Virus record (IMG/VR): IMGVR_UViG_3300025887_000028
Coordinates: 1-53,660 of that record
Source: a virus
Taxonomy: Duplodnaviria > Caudoviricetes
Length of the DNA stretch: 53,660 bases
Strand: one strand, 5' to 3'
The translations under genes were made by a program, and so were the position numbers. Every line of letters starts with the position of its first letter. The stretch's first letter is position 1. Below are positions 9,049 to 20,509 of this stretch, piece after piece. The notes beneath the pieces are model-generated. The model was given only the letters and a program-made list of their open reading frames with translations. It did not search any database and had not been told where the DNA came from.

Positions 9049-10821
9049 ATGAACATGGCATTCCAAGTAAGCCCAGGTGTAAATGTTTCTGAGATTGACC
9101 TAACGACAGTCGTACCCGCAGTTGCAACCTCTACAGGTGCTTTTGCAGGTGTGTTTCGTTGGGGACCAGTTGATGAACCTATTCTTATCGATTCAGAGAA
9201 TACACTAGTATCGCGTTTTGGTAAACCTTACGCAAACACAACATGGACAAACGCAGAGTCCTTTTTCACTGCAGCAAACTTTCTAGCATATAGTAATTCA
9301 TTGTTTGTAGTTCGCACAGACAACAGTGCAACAAGAGCAACTCTTGCAGGCGCAGCTTTTGAAGCAAAGCATGTAGGTGCATTGGGCAACTCACTTGAAG
9401 TTCTAGTAACAACAGGTGCTGCTGACGAATATTCAACTTCTGTTGACATCAACGAATTCTTTCTTGACATCACAGTAAGTAGAACGAAAGCATCTTTCGA
9501 CTCAGGTGCGGGTGAACCCGGTGTAGCTCAAGGTGATATCATCGAATTAGAAGATGGTACACGACTTGAAATTTCTGAAATCGAAGGTGACGATATTTCG
9601 TTCACAACAAGATACACAGGTCTAAATAGCGTAGGCTCAGCAACACCAAGCTCAACTTACACAGTAAATAGAATTTGGCGTGGTGCAACTGTAATCGGTT
9701 CTGCTCCTACAAGCGAAAACAACATTCACGTTGTTGTAGTCGATGCTGGTGGCGAATTCACTGGAGTTGCAGGAACAGTTCTTGAAGCTTTCGATAACAT
9801 ATCGACTACACCAGGCGCGAAAAGATTTGATGGATCTTCGAACTACTATGTAGACTTTGTTGAACAGAATTCAAACTATATCAGAACGACCGGTACTACA
9901 CCATTTAGAACATATTCTAGATTAATCAACGCTGTTGACGGTACTGACGAATCTGGTTCATTGAATTCAGCGCTTGCAGCAAGCTTTGACTTGTTTAAGA
10001 ATGCTGACGATATCGATGTTTCATTGATAATGACTGGTCGTGCTAATGCAACAGTATCTGCATACATCATCGATAACATCGTCGAATATAGAAAAGATTG
10101 TGTCGTTTTCGTATCACCAGCATTGACAGACGATACTTCTGCTGATATCGTAGCATTTAGAAATACTCTACCAAGTAGTTCATATGCGTTCATGGACTCT
10201 GGATATAAGTATCAGTACGACAAGTACGGTGACGTGTATCGCTGGATTCCTCTAAATGGCGATATTGCAGGTCTTTGTGCAAGAACTGACGAACTTCGTG
10301 ACCCATGGTTCTCACCAGCAGGTTACAATAGAGGTAACGTAAAAAATGTTGTCAAGCTGAAATTTAATCCAAATAAAGCGCAGCGTGATGCACTATACAG
10401 TGCTGGTGTAAACCCAGTTATCACACAGCCAGGTCAAGGTACTGTATTGTTTGGAGATAAAACGCTTCTAGGAACACCTAGCGCATTTGATCGTATCAAC
10501 GTTCGTCGTCTATTCATCGTGCTCGAAAAAGCAATTTCAAGAGCATCAAAATCGACACTATTTGAATTCAACGATGAATTTACAAGATCACAATTCAAGA
10601 ATCTTGTTGAACCGTTTCTTCGTGATGTTCAAGGTCGCCGTGGTATCTTCGACTTCAAAGTTGTTTGCGATGAAACAAATAACACACCAGAAGTTATTGA
10701 CGCAAATCGTTTCACGGGTGATATCTACATCAAACCAGCACGAGCTATCAACTTCATTCAGTTGAACTTCGTTGCTGTTAGAACTGGTGTAGAATTCGAA
10801 GAAATCGTAGGTCAATTCTAA
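9049..10821 (+). CDS. gp18: Tail sheath protein gp18
   Basis: SPGVNVSEIDLT, PWFSPAG, FDRINVRRLF, IKPARAINFIQLNF. Confidence 0.97.
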   Translation: MNMAFQVSPGVNVSEIDLTTVVPAVATSTGAFAGVFRWGPVDEPILIDSENTLVSRFGKPYANTTWTNAESFFTAANFLAYSNSLFVVRTDNSATRATLAGAAFEAKHVGALGNSLEVLVTTGAADEYSTSVDINEFFLDITVSRTKASFDSGAGEPGVAQGDIIELEDGTRLEISEIEGDDISFTTRYTGLNSVGSATPSSTYTVNRIWRGATVIGSAPTSENNIHVVVVDAGGEFTGVAGTVLEAFDNISTTPGAKRFDGSSNYYVDFVEQNSNYIRTTGTTPFRTYSRLINAVDGTDESGSLNSALAASFDLFKNADDIDVSLIMTGRANATVSAYIIDNIVEYRKDCVVFVSPALTDDTSADIVAFRNTLPSSSYAFMDSGYKYQYDKYGDVYRWIPLNGDIAGLCARTDELRDPWFSPAGYNRGNVKNVVKLKFNPNKAQRDALYSAGVNPVITQPGQGTVLFGDKTLLGTPSAFDRINVRRLFIVLEKAISRASKSTLFEFNDEFTRSQFKNLVEPFLRDVQGRRGIFDFKVVCDETNNTPEVIDANRFTGDIYIKPARAINFIQLNFVAVRTGVEFEEIVGQF

Positions 10822-10843
10822 TTAAAGGTAAGGAGTTACAACA

Positions 10844-11398
10844 ATGGCTTTCAATGTAAACGAAATCAAGAGCCAGCTAACTCTTGGAGGCGCTAAGGCA
10901 TCACTTTTTCAGGTTCAAATTCAGAACCCTGTAAACGGTGCAGGCGATCTAAAGACACCATTCATGGTGAAAGCTGCTCAACTTCCAGGCTCAACGCTTG
11001 GTATGATCGAGGTTCCATACTTCGGGCGTAAAATTAAAATTGCTGGTGATAGAACATTCGAAGAGTGGACTGTCACAGTTATCAACGATGAAGACTTTCT
11101 CATTCGCAATGCGATGGAAGAATGGATGGCATCTATAAACTCACATGAGGGTAACATTCGCAATCTAGGCAACGCTTCTCCGTTGCAATATAAATCGCAG
11201 GCTCAAATTACTCAGTATTCCAAAACTGGCGTAGCCCTTCGCGAATATTCCTTTGTAGGACTGTTCCCGACTAATGTTGCACCAATTGAAATGTCTTGGG
11301 AAACTGTTGACGCTATTGAAGAATTCACTGTTACATTCCAATACGACTATTGGAACGTATCTGGTGGAATCACAGGCGGAGCGGCAACTCAAGAGTAA
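10844..11398 (+). CDS. gp19: Tail tube protein gp19
   Basis: AGDRTFEEWTVTVINDEDF, IEEFTVTFQYDYW. Confidence 0.97.
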   Translation: MAFNVNEIKSQLTLGGAKASLFQVQIQNPVNGAGDLKTPFMVKAAQLPGSTLGMIEVPYFGRKIKIAGDRTFEEWTVTVINDEDFLIRNAMEEWMASINSHEGNIRNLGNASPLQYKSQAQITQYSKTGVALREYSFVGLFPTNVAPIEMSWETVDAIEEFTVTFQYDYWNVSGGITGGAATQE

Positions 11399-11408
11399 TG
11401 CTATATAA

Positions 11409-11436
11409 GAAGGGGCGATTAAAGTTGCCCCTTCTA
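11409..11436 (+). terminator. Stem-loop after gp19 (terminator or stabilizer)
   Basis: gaaggggcga-ttaaag-ttgccccttc; weak U-tail. Confidence 0.55.
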
Positions 11437-11459
11437 TCAACTTTAAAGGATTATGGTAC

Positions 11460-13161
11460 ATGGCATTGCAGCTATTTGGTTTTGAGATAAAGCGCAAAGA
11501 AGATGAATTAAATAAGAATAAAGTCGTTTCGTTTGTTCAACCAAACGAAGGCGATGGATCTGTGTCTGTAACAACAAACGTACCAGGCTCTGGTGGTACG
11601 ATGAGTAGCATCATAGATTTGGACGGCGTTGCAAAATCAGAAGCAGAGATTGTTCAAAAATATCGCGACATGCTACAACAACCAGAAGTTCAAATGGCAG
11701 TCGATGATGTTGTGAATGAAGCAATCAATATCACATATGATGAAGCGCCTGTGACGTGTGTTACCGACGATATTCCTAACATATCAGACGGTACAAAAAA
11801 GAAAATACGAGACGAGTTCGACAACATTCTAAGAATGCTCGACTTCTCAAACTATGGTTATGACATTTTTCAAAAATGGTATGTCGATGGTAGATTGAAC
11901 TATCATGTGGTAATCGATGAAAAAAATCCTCGCGACGGAGTGCGCGAGTTGAGATATGTTGATCCAAGAAAAATCAGAAAAATTCGTGAGTATGAAAAGG
12001 TAAAGATCGGCGAAGGTCCAAACACATCATATGTTAATAGAATCAAAAATGAATACTACATATACGTTGAAAATGGATTCCTAAACGATAGCAAGAGTAA
12101 AACGTCAACAACTGTCGCAGACTTTCAAGGTGGTATTAGTGGTCTTAGAATTTCCGTTGACTCTATCGTAAACTGTAGCTCCGGCTTACTAAACGAGAAG
12201 AATACTGTTGTTCTATCACACTTACACAAAGCAATCAAACCACTAAATCAACTTCGCATGATGGAAGATGCGTCTGTTGTGTATCGCATATCAAGAGCAC
12301 CAGAGCGCCGTGTATTTTATATTGACGTTGGTAACTTACCTAAAGCGAAAGCTGAGCAATATCTACGTGACATGATGACGAAGCACAAGAATCGTCTTGT
12401 ATATGATGCGAACAGCGGAGAAGTTCGCGATGATCGTAAACATATGTCAATGACAGACGACTTCTGGTTGCCAAGACGCGAAGGTGGCAAAGGTACTGAG
12501 ATTACTACGCTGCCAGGTGGTCAAAATCTAGGTGAAATGGAAGACATCGTGTATTTCCAGAAGAGACTTTACAAAGCATTGAATGTTCCCGTATCAAGAC
12601 TTGAGCAAGACACAGGATTTGCACTTGGTCGTTCATCAGAGATCAGTAGAGACGAAGTAAAGTTTTCTAAATTCATTCGCAGACTTAGAGCAAGATTTTC
12701 TATTCTTTTTGACAAAATACTTGAAAAGCAACTCATTCTCAAGGGTATTATCACTCCAGAGGATTGGGATAAAATTCAAAATACAATTCGATACGACTTT
12801 ATGCTCGATAATCATTTCGAAGAGTTGAAGCAAGCTGAAATATTGCAAAACAGATTGCAGATATTAAGAGATGTTGAAGAGTACACTGGTACATATTATT
12901 CGAAAAAATGGGTTCGTAAAAACATTCTTCAGATGACAGATGATGAAATTGAAGATATGAAAGACGAGATTGAAAAGGAATCTGAAGAAGAACCTTCTGA
13001 AGATGAAGAAGATATGTACAATGAAGTTAAGACAAGCGATAAAGTGATACAAGAATATCCAGTGGAGATTGAAGAGGAGCGCACCTTGTCAGATGAAGAC
13101 AGAAAGCTAATCGAATCTTTCTCAGAAACTATAAATAGACTTGTAACAGATGACGTAGAGG

Positions 13162-13175
<14 letters not shown>
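11460..13175 (+). CDS. gp20: Portal vertex protein gp20
   Basis: WYVDGRL, YRISRAPERRVFYIDVGNLPK, DDFWLPRREGGKGTEITTLPGGQNLG. Confidence 0.97.
13130..13137 (+). promoter_or_regulatory. Late promoter TATAAATA inside the gp20 3' end, upstream of the collagen gene
   Basis: Exact consensus ~30 nt before the collagen start. Confidence 0.7.
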
Positions 13176-14375
<1,200 letters not shown>

Positions 14376-14379
<4 letters not shown>

Positions 14380-14855
14380 TTGATATGGAATGTGGTGAAT
14401 GCACCGAATGCTGTGAATTATTGAAAATTGATTCGCGCAAACCTTTACAAGATGATGTGATTGAACAGATAGAGATTTATTCTCCTGCTGGAGATTTGTG
14501 CAATCACTGTGAAAAGAATGTAGGGTGTAAAATACACGAAATGCGCCCTTTGATTTGTAGAACTTTTCAATGTGCTTATACACAACATGAAAATGCGCCT
14601 ATTGAATTACGACCCGATAACTGTGGAGTGATATTTGAAAAACTAGATGATGAATTAGTAGTGGGAACAATTAGACCTAATAGACAAATAACCTCTGCTG
14701 GCATTGGTCAGATAAAGAGTTTCAATAAACAAGGATATTCTGTAGTGCTTACTAAATACGACACTAATGAAGTCAAAGTTTTTGAAAACGCCGAAAAAGA
14801 GCGTAGAGATGTTATGGTCAAGTTTGCAAAGTATAGAAAGATAGCAGATGGCTAA
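14376..14855 (+). CDS. YkgJ-like cysteine-cluster (CxxCxxCC) Zn/Fe-S protein
   Basis: CGECTECC ... CNHC ... GCKIHEMRPLICRTFQC; start probably ATG 14385. Confidence 0.75.
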
Positions 14856-17835
14856 TACACCCACAACAGACCTTACAAGCTTATACACAGACAGCGCTAC
14901 AAACTGGGCTGAATTATCAAGCTACACTGCTGGTGCCTCTCCATCTCTTGAAGAAGAAGCGTATCTTCAAGGTCTAAACTGTGTTTCTCAAGCGATTGCT
15001 TCTAACAAAACAGGTGCTGCATCTGGCATTAACTATTCAGCTACTAACCCAGCAGCTTTTGTTGATGGGGGTGATGTATTCTTCTTTTGGTGGCTATTCT
15101 TCTTCCCATCTGCTATCAACGACTATAATGAAACTGTAGGGCAAACTGCTCCTAGTCAAAACAGCCCTGGAACAGCATCAGGATTCTTTATAGGCATCGG
15201 TTCAAGTACAACTAACCACGATTGGTTTGCTGTTGGCGGCGCTGATTACGGGCGTTATCCTTATGGTGGTTGGCAAAACGTAGCAATCGATCCTTTGCGA
15301 GATGCATCATTTACAGATGGCCCACCGGCAGCCTCTACATATAGCAACTTCGGATTTCTACCTAACGTTACTTCTGCTCCTTCTCGTGGTCAGTCACTTG
15401 TTGTTGATGCTATTCGTTGGGGCAGAGGTCTTATCCAATACACAGGTGGATCTCCTGCAGGTACATTTGACGATATTGCTGATACAAATGATACTACTAC
15501 CAATAGATGGGGTTTATTTCAAAGAGCGGTTGGATCATTCATATTTAAAGGCAAATTAGAATTAGGAACCACTGCATCATCGCTATTATTCTCTGCACAA
15601 AACAGAACAATCAATATTGATGATACAAGACAAGTTTATACTAACTTCAACGTAATTGAAGTAAATAATGCTGCCTCAGATATTTCTCTGACAAACATTA
15701 CAATCAATAAACTAAGATATATTGATACTCTTGCATTTGATAATTCTAAAGGTCAGTTTATTGTAAATGACGGCGCTACAGTCATGATTGAAGGCTGTAC
15801 ATTCGCTGACATGGACATATTTACTTTTGGCACAAACTGTGATGTATCTACAACGGCATTCTTGAGATGTGGACAAGTAACACAGGGAAGTGCTCCTATC
15901 ACGTCTTGTGATTTTATCAGTAGTACCGCAGCATCAAGTCTTCTTGCAAATAGTTTAGCAGGTGTTCAAACATGTACATTCCAGAGCGATGGTTCGAACC
16001 ATGCTATTGAATTAACTGCTGTTCCTGCATCATACACGTGGGACCACACTACTACAGGTTACGCAACTGGTTCCCTCGGTATTGAAGGTACTGATTTCAC
16101 CGCCGGATCGACTGGTAACGAAACTCTTTATATCAATGCAACATCTTCTCAAGATATTGTAATTACAATTCCTTCTGGTATCACAACACCAAGTATTAGA
16201 CGCAGTGCAAGCTACACAGGTCAAATTACAGTTCAAGTTCAAGCAAAAACGATTGACGTAAACGTAAAAGATGAAGATGGTGTAAATGTTTCTGGTGCAT
16301 TCGTTTGGTTGAATGATGGTGCCATTACAATCTTTAATGGTACAACAGACGCAAGTGGTAATATACTACAACAGAGCTATAGTGGATCAAATAACACAAC
16401 TCTTCGTGTAAGACAGTTTGGCAAAGAGCCATTCCAAACTACTTTGGGTACAGCAACTGGTTCAGTGTCTCAGCTGGTTACTCTCCTTACAGATGATCAA
16501 CAGGTTGCCGTTCCTACACTAAACAACACTTGGACTATCAACACAACTGCTCAGACTATCACAATGACTTCTGGTCCAACACTTCCGTTCAGTGCTTATA
16601 GTGCGATTGACACGTCACAAGACCTATATGAATCTGTGATGAACACATTTGCTGCTACAGCATTTATGCAATTTACAGTACCGCTTGAATCAGTCACAAG
16701 AACACAGTACAATTTTATCAATGGCTACACATTTGGCGCAAAAGATAATGATTATAAGTTCTTGTATGGCGGTTCGTTTGCTGATGCTGCTAACTCACTA
16801 CTTTGGTCAAACGTTAGAACAATTGGTTCTTTAAGTGGCGGCGGCATCTATATTGTTCAAGGGACAGAATTAGCAGACACTAAACTTACAACTTGGTGGC
16901 CTGACGGAAACATCGATGTTCTCGTGAAGATTCAAGACGGTACATTCATACAGTCTACAGACGAATCTGCAACGGCAGTAGATGGCGCTATTTGGTTATT
17001 TGCAAGAGACTATGGTGATACATACGACCACTTCTTCTCAGACTTATCGGGTGCTGGTCAAAACATTGTTGCTCTTTCGACACTTTCTGATCCAAACAAT
17101 CAAACTGCTTCTGCTACAGTTGGTGCTTATGGAGTCACGATTAGTTCTTTTGGAACAATTTCAAGATCACTAAATGGCACAGACTTCTTCAACTACAGAG
17201 TTGAAGTCAATGGAAATGGTAATACTCTTGCTCAAGTATATGAATATCTAAAGTATGCGACTTCTGAAGATTTCTCCATCACAGTTGATGGAGATGATGG
17301 CTTTGAATATAGAAATGCTGATGAAGCGCTTACTACATTCACTGCAACAGATGTAAAACAAGCCCCATTCGGCACATTTGCCGGTGGTCGTTTCTTCGGT
17401 ACTCAAGGTGTATTCTTGACGAATGTTGTCGGAACAACATTTGAACTTATTGATAATACAGGAACCACACGAACACCACCTCTTACAACAGACTTCCAGA
17501 TTACTGGTCTGAAAGACGGAACTGAAGTAAGACTCTACAATTCAAACACATTTGCAGAAATTGCAGGTGTTGAAGATATGACAGGCGGATCAGGCACAGC
17601 TATTAATGCTTCTGTCGGAGAAGTCTTTATAAGCGGTACTACAGATAGCAATACTTTCAGATTCAATTACAACTTTGTTGACGATTTTGCTAATACTCCT
17701 GTGCCGATTTTCGTCGTTATTATGAATTTGAACTATCAACATATAAGATTGTCGAGTCTTCCTGACTTGTCAATTACGGATCAATCCATTCCTGTTACTC
17801 AGACGATTGATAGAAACTACAATGATCCCGACTAG
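14848..17835 (+). CDS. Large putative virion structural protein (995 aa, Thr/Ser/Gly-rich, beta-rich)
   Basis: Long ORF in late operon; Ig-like segment VNVKDEDGVNVSGAFV; ends DRNYNDPD. Confidence 0.75.
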   Translation: MANTPTTDLTSLYTDSATNWAELSSYTAGASPSLEEEAYLQGLNCVSQAIASNKTGAASGINYSATNPAAFVDGGDVFFFWWLFFFPSAINDYNETVGQTAPSQNSPGTASGFFIGIGSSTTNHDWFAVGGADYGRYPYGGWQNVAIDPLRDASFTDGPPAASTYSNFGFLPNVTSAPSRGQSLVVDAIRWGRGLIQYTGGSPAGTFDDIADTNDTTTNRWGLFQRAVGSFIFKGKLELGTTASSLLFSAQNRTINIDDTRQVYTNFNVIEVNNAASDISLTNITINKLRYIDTLAFDNSKGQFIVNDGATVMIEGCTFADMDIFTFGTNCDVSTTAFLRCGQVTQGSAPITSCDFISSTAASSLLANSLAGVQTCTFQSDGSNHAIELTAVPASYTWDHTTTGYATGSLGIEGTDFTAGSTGNETLYINATSSQDIVITIPSGITTPSIRRSASYTGQITVQVQAKTIDVNVKDEDGVNVSGAFVWLNDGAITIFNGTTDASGNILQQSYSGSNNTTLRVRQFGKEPFQTTLGTATGSVSQLVTLLTDDQQVAVPTLNNTWTINTTAQTITMTSGPTLPFSAYSAIDTSQDLYESVMNTFAATAFMQFTVPLESVTRTQYNFINGYTFGAKDNDYKFLYGGSFADAANSLLWSNVRTIGSLSGGGIYIVQGTELADTKLTTWWPDGNIDVLVKIQDGTFIQSTDESATAVDGAIWLFARDYGDTYDHFFSDLSGAGQNIVALSTLSDPNNQTASATVGAYGVTISSFGTISRSLNGTDFFNYRVEVNGNGNTLAQVYEYLKYATSEDFSITVDGDDGFEYRNADEALTTFTATDVKQAPFGTFAGGRFFGTQGVFLTNVVGTTFELIDNTGTTRTPPLTTDFQITGLKDGTEVRLYNSNTFAEIAGVEDMTGGSGTAINASVGEVFISGTTDSNTFRFNYNFVDDFANTPVPIFVVIMNLNYQHIRLSSLPDLSITDQSIPVTQTIDRNYNDPD

Positions 17836-17842
17836 TGATTTT

Positions 17843-17850
17843 TATAAATA
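17843..17850 (+). promoter_or_regulatory. Late promoter TATAAATA
   Basis: Exact consensus, intergenic, strong SD (aggag) downstream. Confidence 0.85.
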
Positions 17851-17905
17851 GAATAAGAAGTATTGTACTCCATAACAATAAAAATAAAAACTAGGAGAAA
17901 GAAAA

Positions 17906-20260
17906 ATGGCATCAATTCAGCCTAATATCATTGACTTAGATGATCTGTTAATTCAGATTTCTAATATCAACGACAATGGTTCAACAAGCACCACGTTTAC
18001 GACAGCCGCAGCACACGGCATTAGCGTAGGTGACGAAGTCGTAATCAGTAATTGTAGCACAGCTGGATATAACGCTACTGTTGCTGCACAAAGTGCGACA
18101 GTTACGGCGACTGACGTTGACGTAACAGGTACGACATTTACAATTGCTACATCACTAGGAGCACAAAACGCTGCTGGTACTGGTCAAGTAATTGTAGACG
18201 ATGTTGCTGCTAATGACGTATATTTCACACCAGAAATTACAGTAGATGTTGTCAATTCAACATTCACACTCAATCAAGCAGGTAATCTATCTGTTGCTGG
18301 TACTGGTGTGACTGGTCAGGCACTTTACTCGTTCTTCAAAGAGCGTTGGAAAGAAGTTCCTTCAATCACAAAGTATGCATTCCCAATGCTATCAATTACG
18401 AACGAACAGTTCGAATTTCAAAACGGTTGGGCGCCTATTGCTGATGATACCCGTAAGAAAATTCGTACTGCTGGTTGGGCAGAAGTAAGTGCTACTGGTA
18501 TTACTAATCGTAGATACTCAGGTATTATTACTCTGGGTACACTAGGCGACACAGACCAACCCTACTACACACAAGACGACGCATTTACAGCTTCTACTGT
18601 TAATACGACATTTACTGGACAGGTTAACGAAGCTACTCCAATTCTTATGTCTGCTACTGGCACGAACGATATTAACTTTGATAGCACAAGTTCGATTGCT
18701 TCAACTACAACAAACCTAAGCGTTTTCCAGGTCGGCGATGTTATCACGTTCTCGGGTACTGCTTCTGGTACTAACGATGTGACAGTAACAGTTGCAACTG
18801 TTGGTGCGAATGCGCTTACATTTGAAGAAACTACACTCGCAGCAAGTGGTGTTGATTCCGGAACAGTAAGACTAGCAACTGATAGATCAGGTTACTTCTC
18901 TATCTACGTTCGTACACGTGGTAAAACATACGCAGACGCTGCTCTAGGCGACATCGGTGTTACTACAATGACAACCATTGTGTATCGTTTCCCTGTTACT
19001 AACGGAAACGACCTGAACATCAATACTACAGATGATAATGCATTTACTGGCTTGCTAATCACAGCACTATCTGGTAACGGTACAACTACAACTGTTACCG
19101 CTATTGATCACGGTCTGTATGAAGGTGCTCCAATTACCGTCACCAACACAGCAGATTTCACAGCAGGTAACTATACAGTTTCTGGTGTGACAGACGCTAA
19201 TACGTTTACAATCACAAATATATTCAACGGCACAGAGACAATCGGTGGTACAGAAGCTGTACAACTTCAGTATGTTTCCGACATGAGTGTTACGTACTTA
19301 CAGAATCCATCAACTGGATCTGGTAACGTTAGAATTCGTGGTGATTATGATACTGTCGGAACAGTAACATACGCAGTCGGTGACGTTGTTCTTGATGTTG
19401 GCGATAGCGGAGGAAATGGTGCGGATCGCTGGTACTACTTAGATGGCGTAGACGGTAACGTCGGTCACACAAGCATTGCGGCTGATAATGGTGCTAATGC
19501 GGGAACTTGGGTACTATGGTCATCGCTTGCACTCGGTGCGCATGGTGAAAGAGAAATTGCTACTGGTACATATTCAGCATTCTCAACAATCTTCGATCTG
19601 AACTCTGCTGGTACAACAGCAGCGGCTACTAAAGAGATTGCTTACGAATACGCTCAGTATATTCTTCGTGATACAGGTACAATCGACACTGGTACATCAC
19701 GTAACGGTAATATCTCTGATCCGCTTGTTTACTTCATCGGTTCTCAGCTACACACATATGCAGATACTAACTTCACAATTGAATCAATTGTGTTCCCATC
19801 TGCGGTATATGCTGCTGATATTGCTGCAGTTGATAAGAACAGCATTACGTTCCATGATTGGGAAGACAATCTGGTTCTGTTCCCGCTTACAGTTCTTGTT
19901 ACAATCAACTTCAACGATAACTTGGATACAGACTCGTCTTCACAGTTCTATGCTTACTACACAAGTGTTCCATCAGGAGACTTTGGCACGGTAGACGCAG
20001 TTCTTGTGAGAAACGATGCAGACAATCCAGTATTTGGTTCAGCCTTCAGTCAAACTGATCAGAAGTTTGAATTCAACTACGCATATGACGGTGATACAAC
20101 AGGTGGCAGATCACAGTCTACACCAACTCCGATCACAGTTATTGCTATCGGTCTAGAAAAAGCACAGTACGTGGTTGCTTCTGGTACGATTACAACTGCT
20201 GGTGCTACTATCTCGCTCGTTTCGCCGCTAGAAAGAAACTACGACGATCCTGACGGATAA
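17906..20260 (+). CDS. Putative virion structural protein (784 aa) with repeated small beta-barrel modules (HGxxxG.....TFTI)
   Basis: TAAAHGISVGDEVVIS, AIDHGLYEGAPITV...DANTFTI; ends ERNYDDPDG. Confidence 0.75.
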   Translation: MASIQPNIIDLDDLLIQISNINDNGSTSTTFTTAAAHGISVGDEVVISNCSTAGYNATVAAQSATVTATDVDVTGTTFTIATSLGAQNAAGTGQVIVDDVAANDVYFTPEITVDVVNSTFTLNQAGNLSVAGTGVTGQALYSFFKERWKEVPSITKYAFPMLSITNEQFEFQNGWAPIADDTRKKIRTAGWAEVSATGITNRRYSGIITLGTLGDTDQPYYTQDDAFTASTVNTTFTGQVNEATPILMSATGTNDINFDSTSSIASTTTNLSVFQVGDVITFSGTASGTNDVTVTVATVGANALTFEETTLAASGVDSGTVRLATDRSGYFSIYVRTRGKTYADAALGDIGVTTMTTIVYRFPVTNGNDLNINTTDDNAFTGLLITALSGNGTTTTVTAIDHGLYEGAPITVTNTADFTAGNYTVSGVTDANTFTITNIFNGTETIGGTEAVQLQYVSDMSVTYLQNPSTGSGNVRIRGDYDTVGTVTYAVGDVVLDVGDSGGNGADRWYYLDGVDGNVGHTSIAADNGANAGTWVLWSSLALGAHGEREIATGTYSAFSTIFDLNSAGTTAAATKEIAYEYAQYILRDTGTIDTGTSRNGNISDPLVYFIGSQLHTYADTNFTIESIVFPSAVYAADIAAVDKNSITFHDWEDNLVLFPLTVLVTINFNDNLDTDSSSQFYAYYTSVPSGDFGTVDAVLVRNDADNPVFGSAFSQTDQKFEFNYAYDGDTTGGRSQSTPTPITVIAIGLEKAQYVVASGTITTAGATISLVSPLERNYDDPDG

Positions 20261-20268
20261 TATAAATA
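20261..20268 (+). promoter_or_regulatory. Late promoter TATAAATA
   Basis: Exact consensus directly after the stop codon. Confidence 0.75.
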
Positions 20269-20281
20269 CAAGTGAATGATA

Positions 20282-20310
20282 GAGAGGGCGACTATCGCCC
20301 TCTCAAAAAA
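20282..20310. terminator. Strong GC hairpin gagagggcga-cta-tcgccctctc followed by A6
   Basis: Perfect 10-bp stem; no downstream U-tail on either strand, so the role is unclear. Confidence 0.4.
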
Positions 20311-20326
20311 CTATGAGGTTATAAGT

Positions 20327-20497
20327 ATGACAGATAAAGAAATGAAGAAAAAGCTAGACGAAAGTGTAGACTTCTTTGAGGAGTTTATTAACATCGTTTT
20401 ACCCCAGAATCTAGAGGGTGTAAAACCTATGGATGTAATGCGACACTACAACACCGTTCGTACCGAGCTATCAAAACTCTACGTTGACGTAGACTAA
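20327..20497 (+). CDS. Small hypothetical protein (56 aa)
   Basis: ATG 20327 with gagg SD; the longer ORF-track start (20276) runs through the hairpin. Confidence 0.65.
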   Translation: MTDKEMKKKLDESVDFFEEFINIVLPQNLEGVKPMDVMRHYNTVRTELSKLYVDVD

Positions 20498-20509
20498 TAG
20501 GAGAATCCC

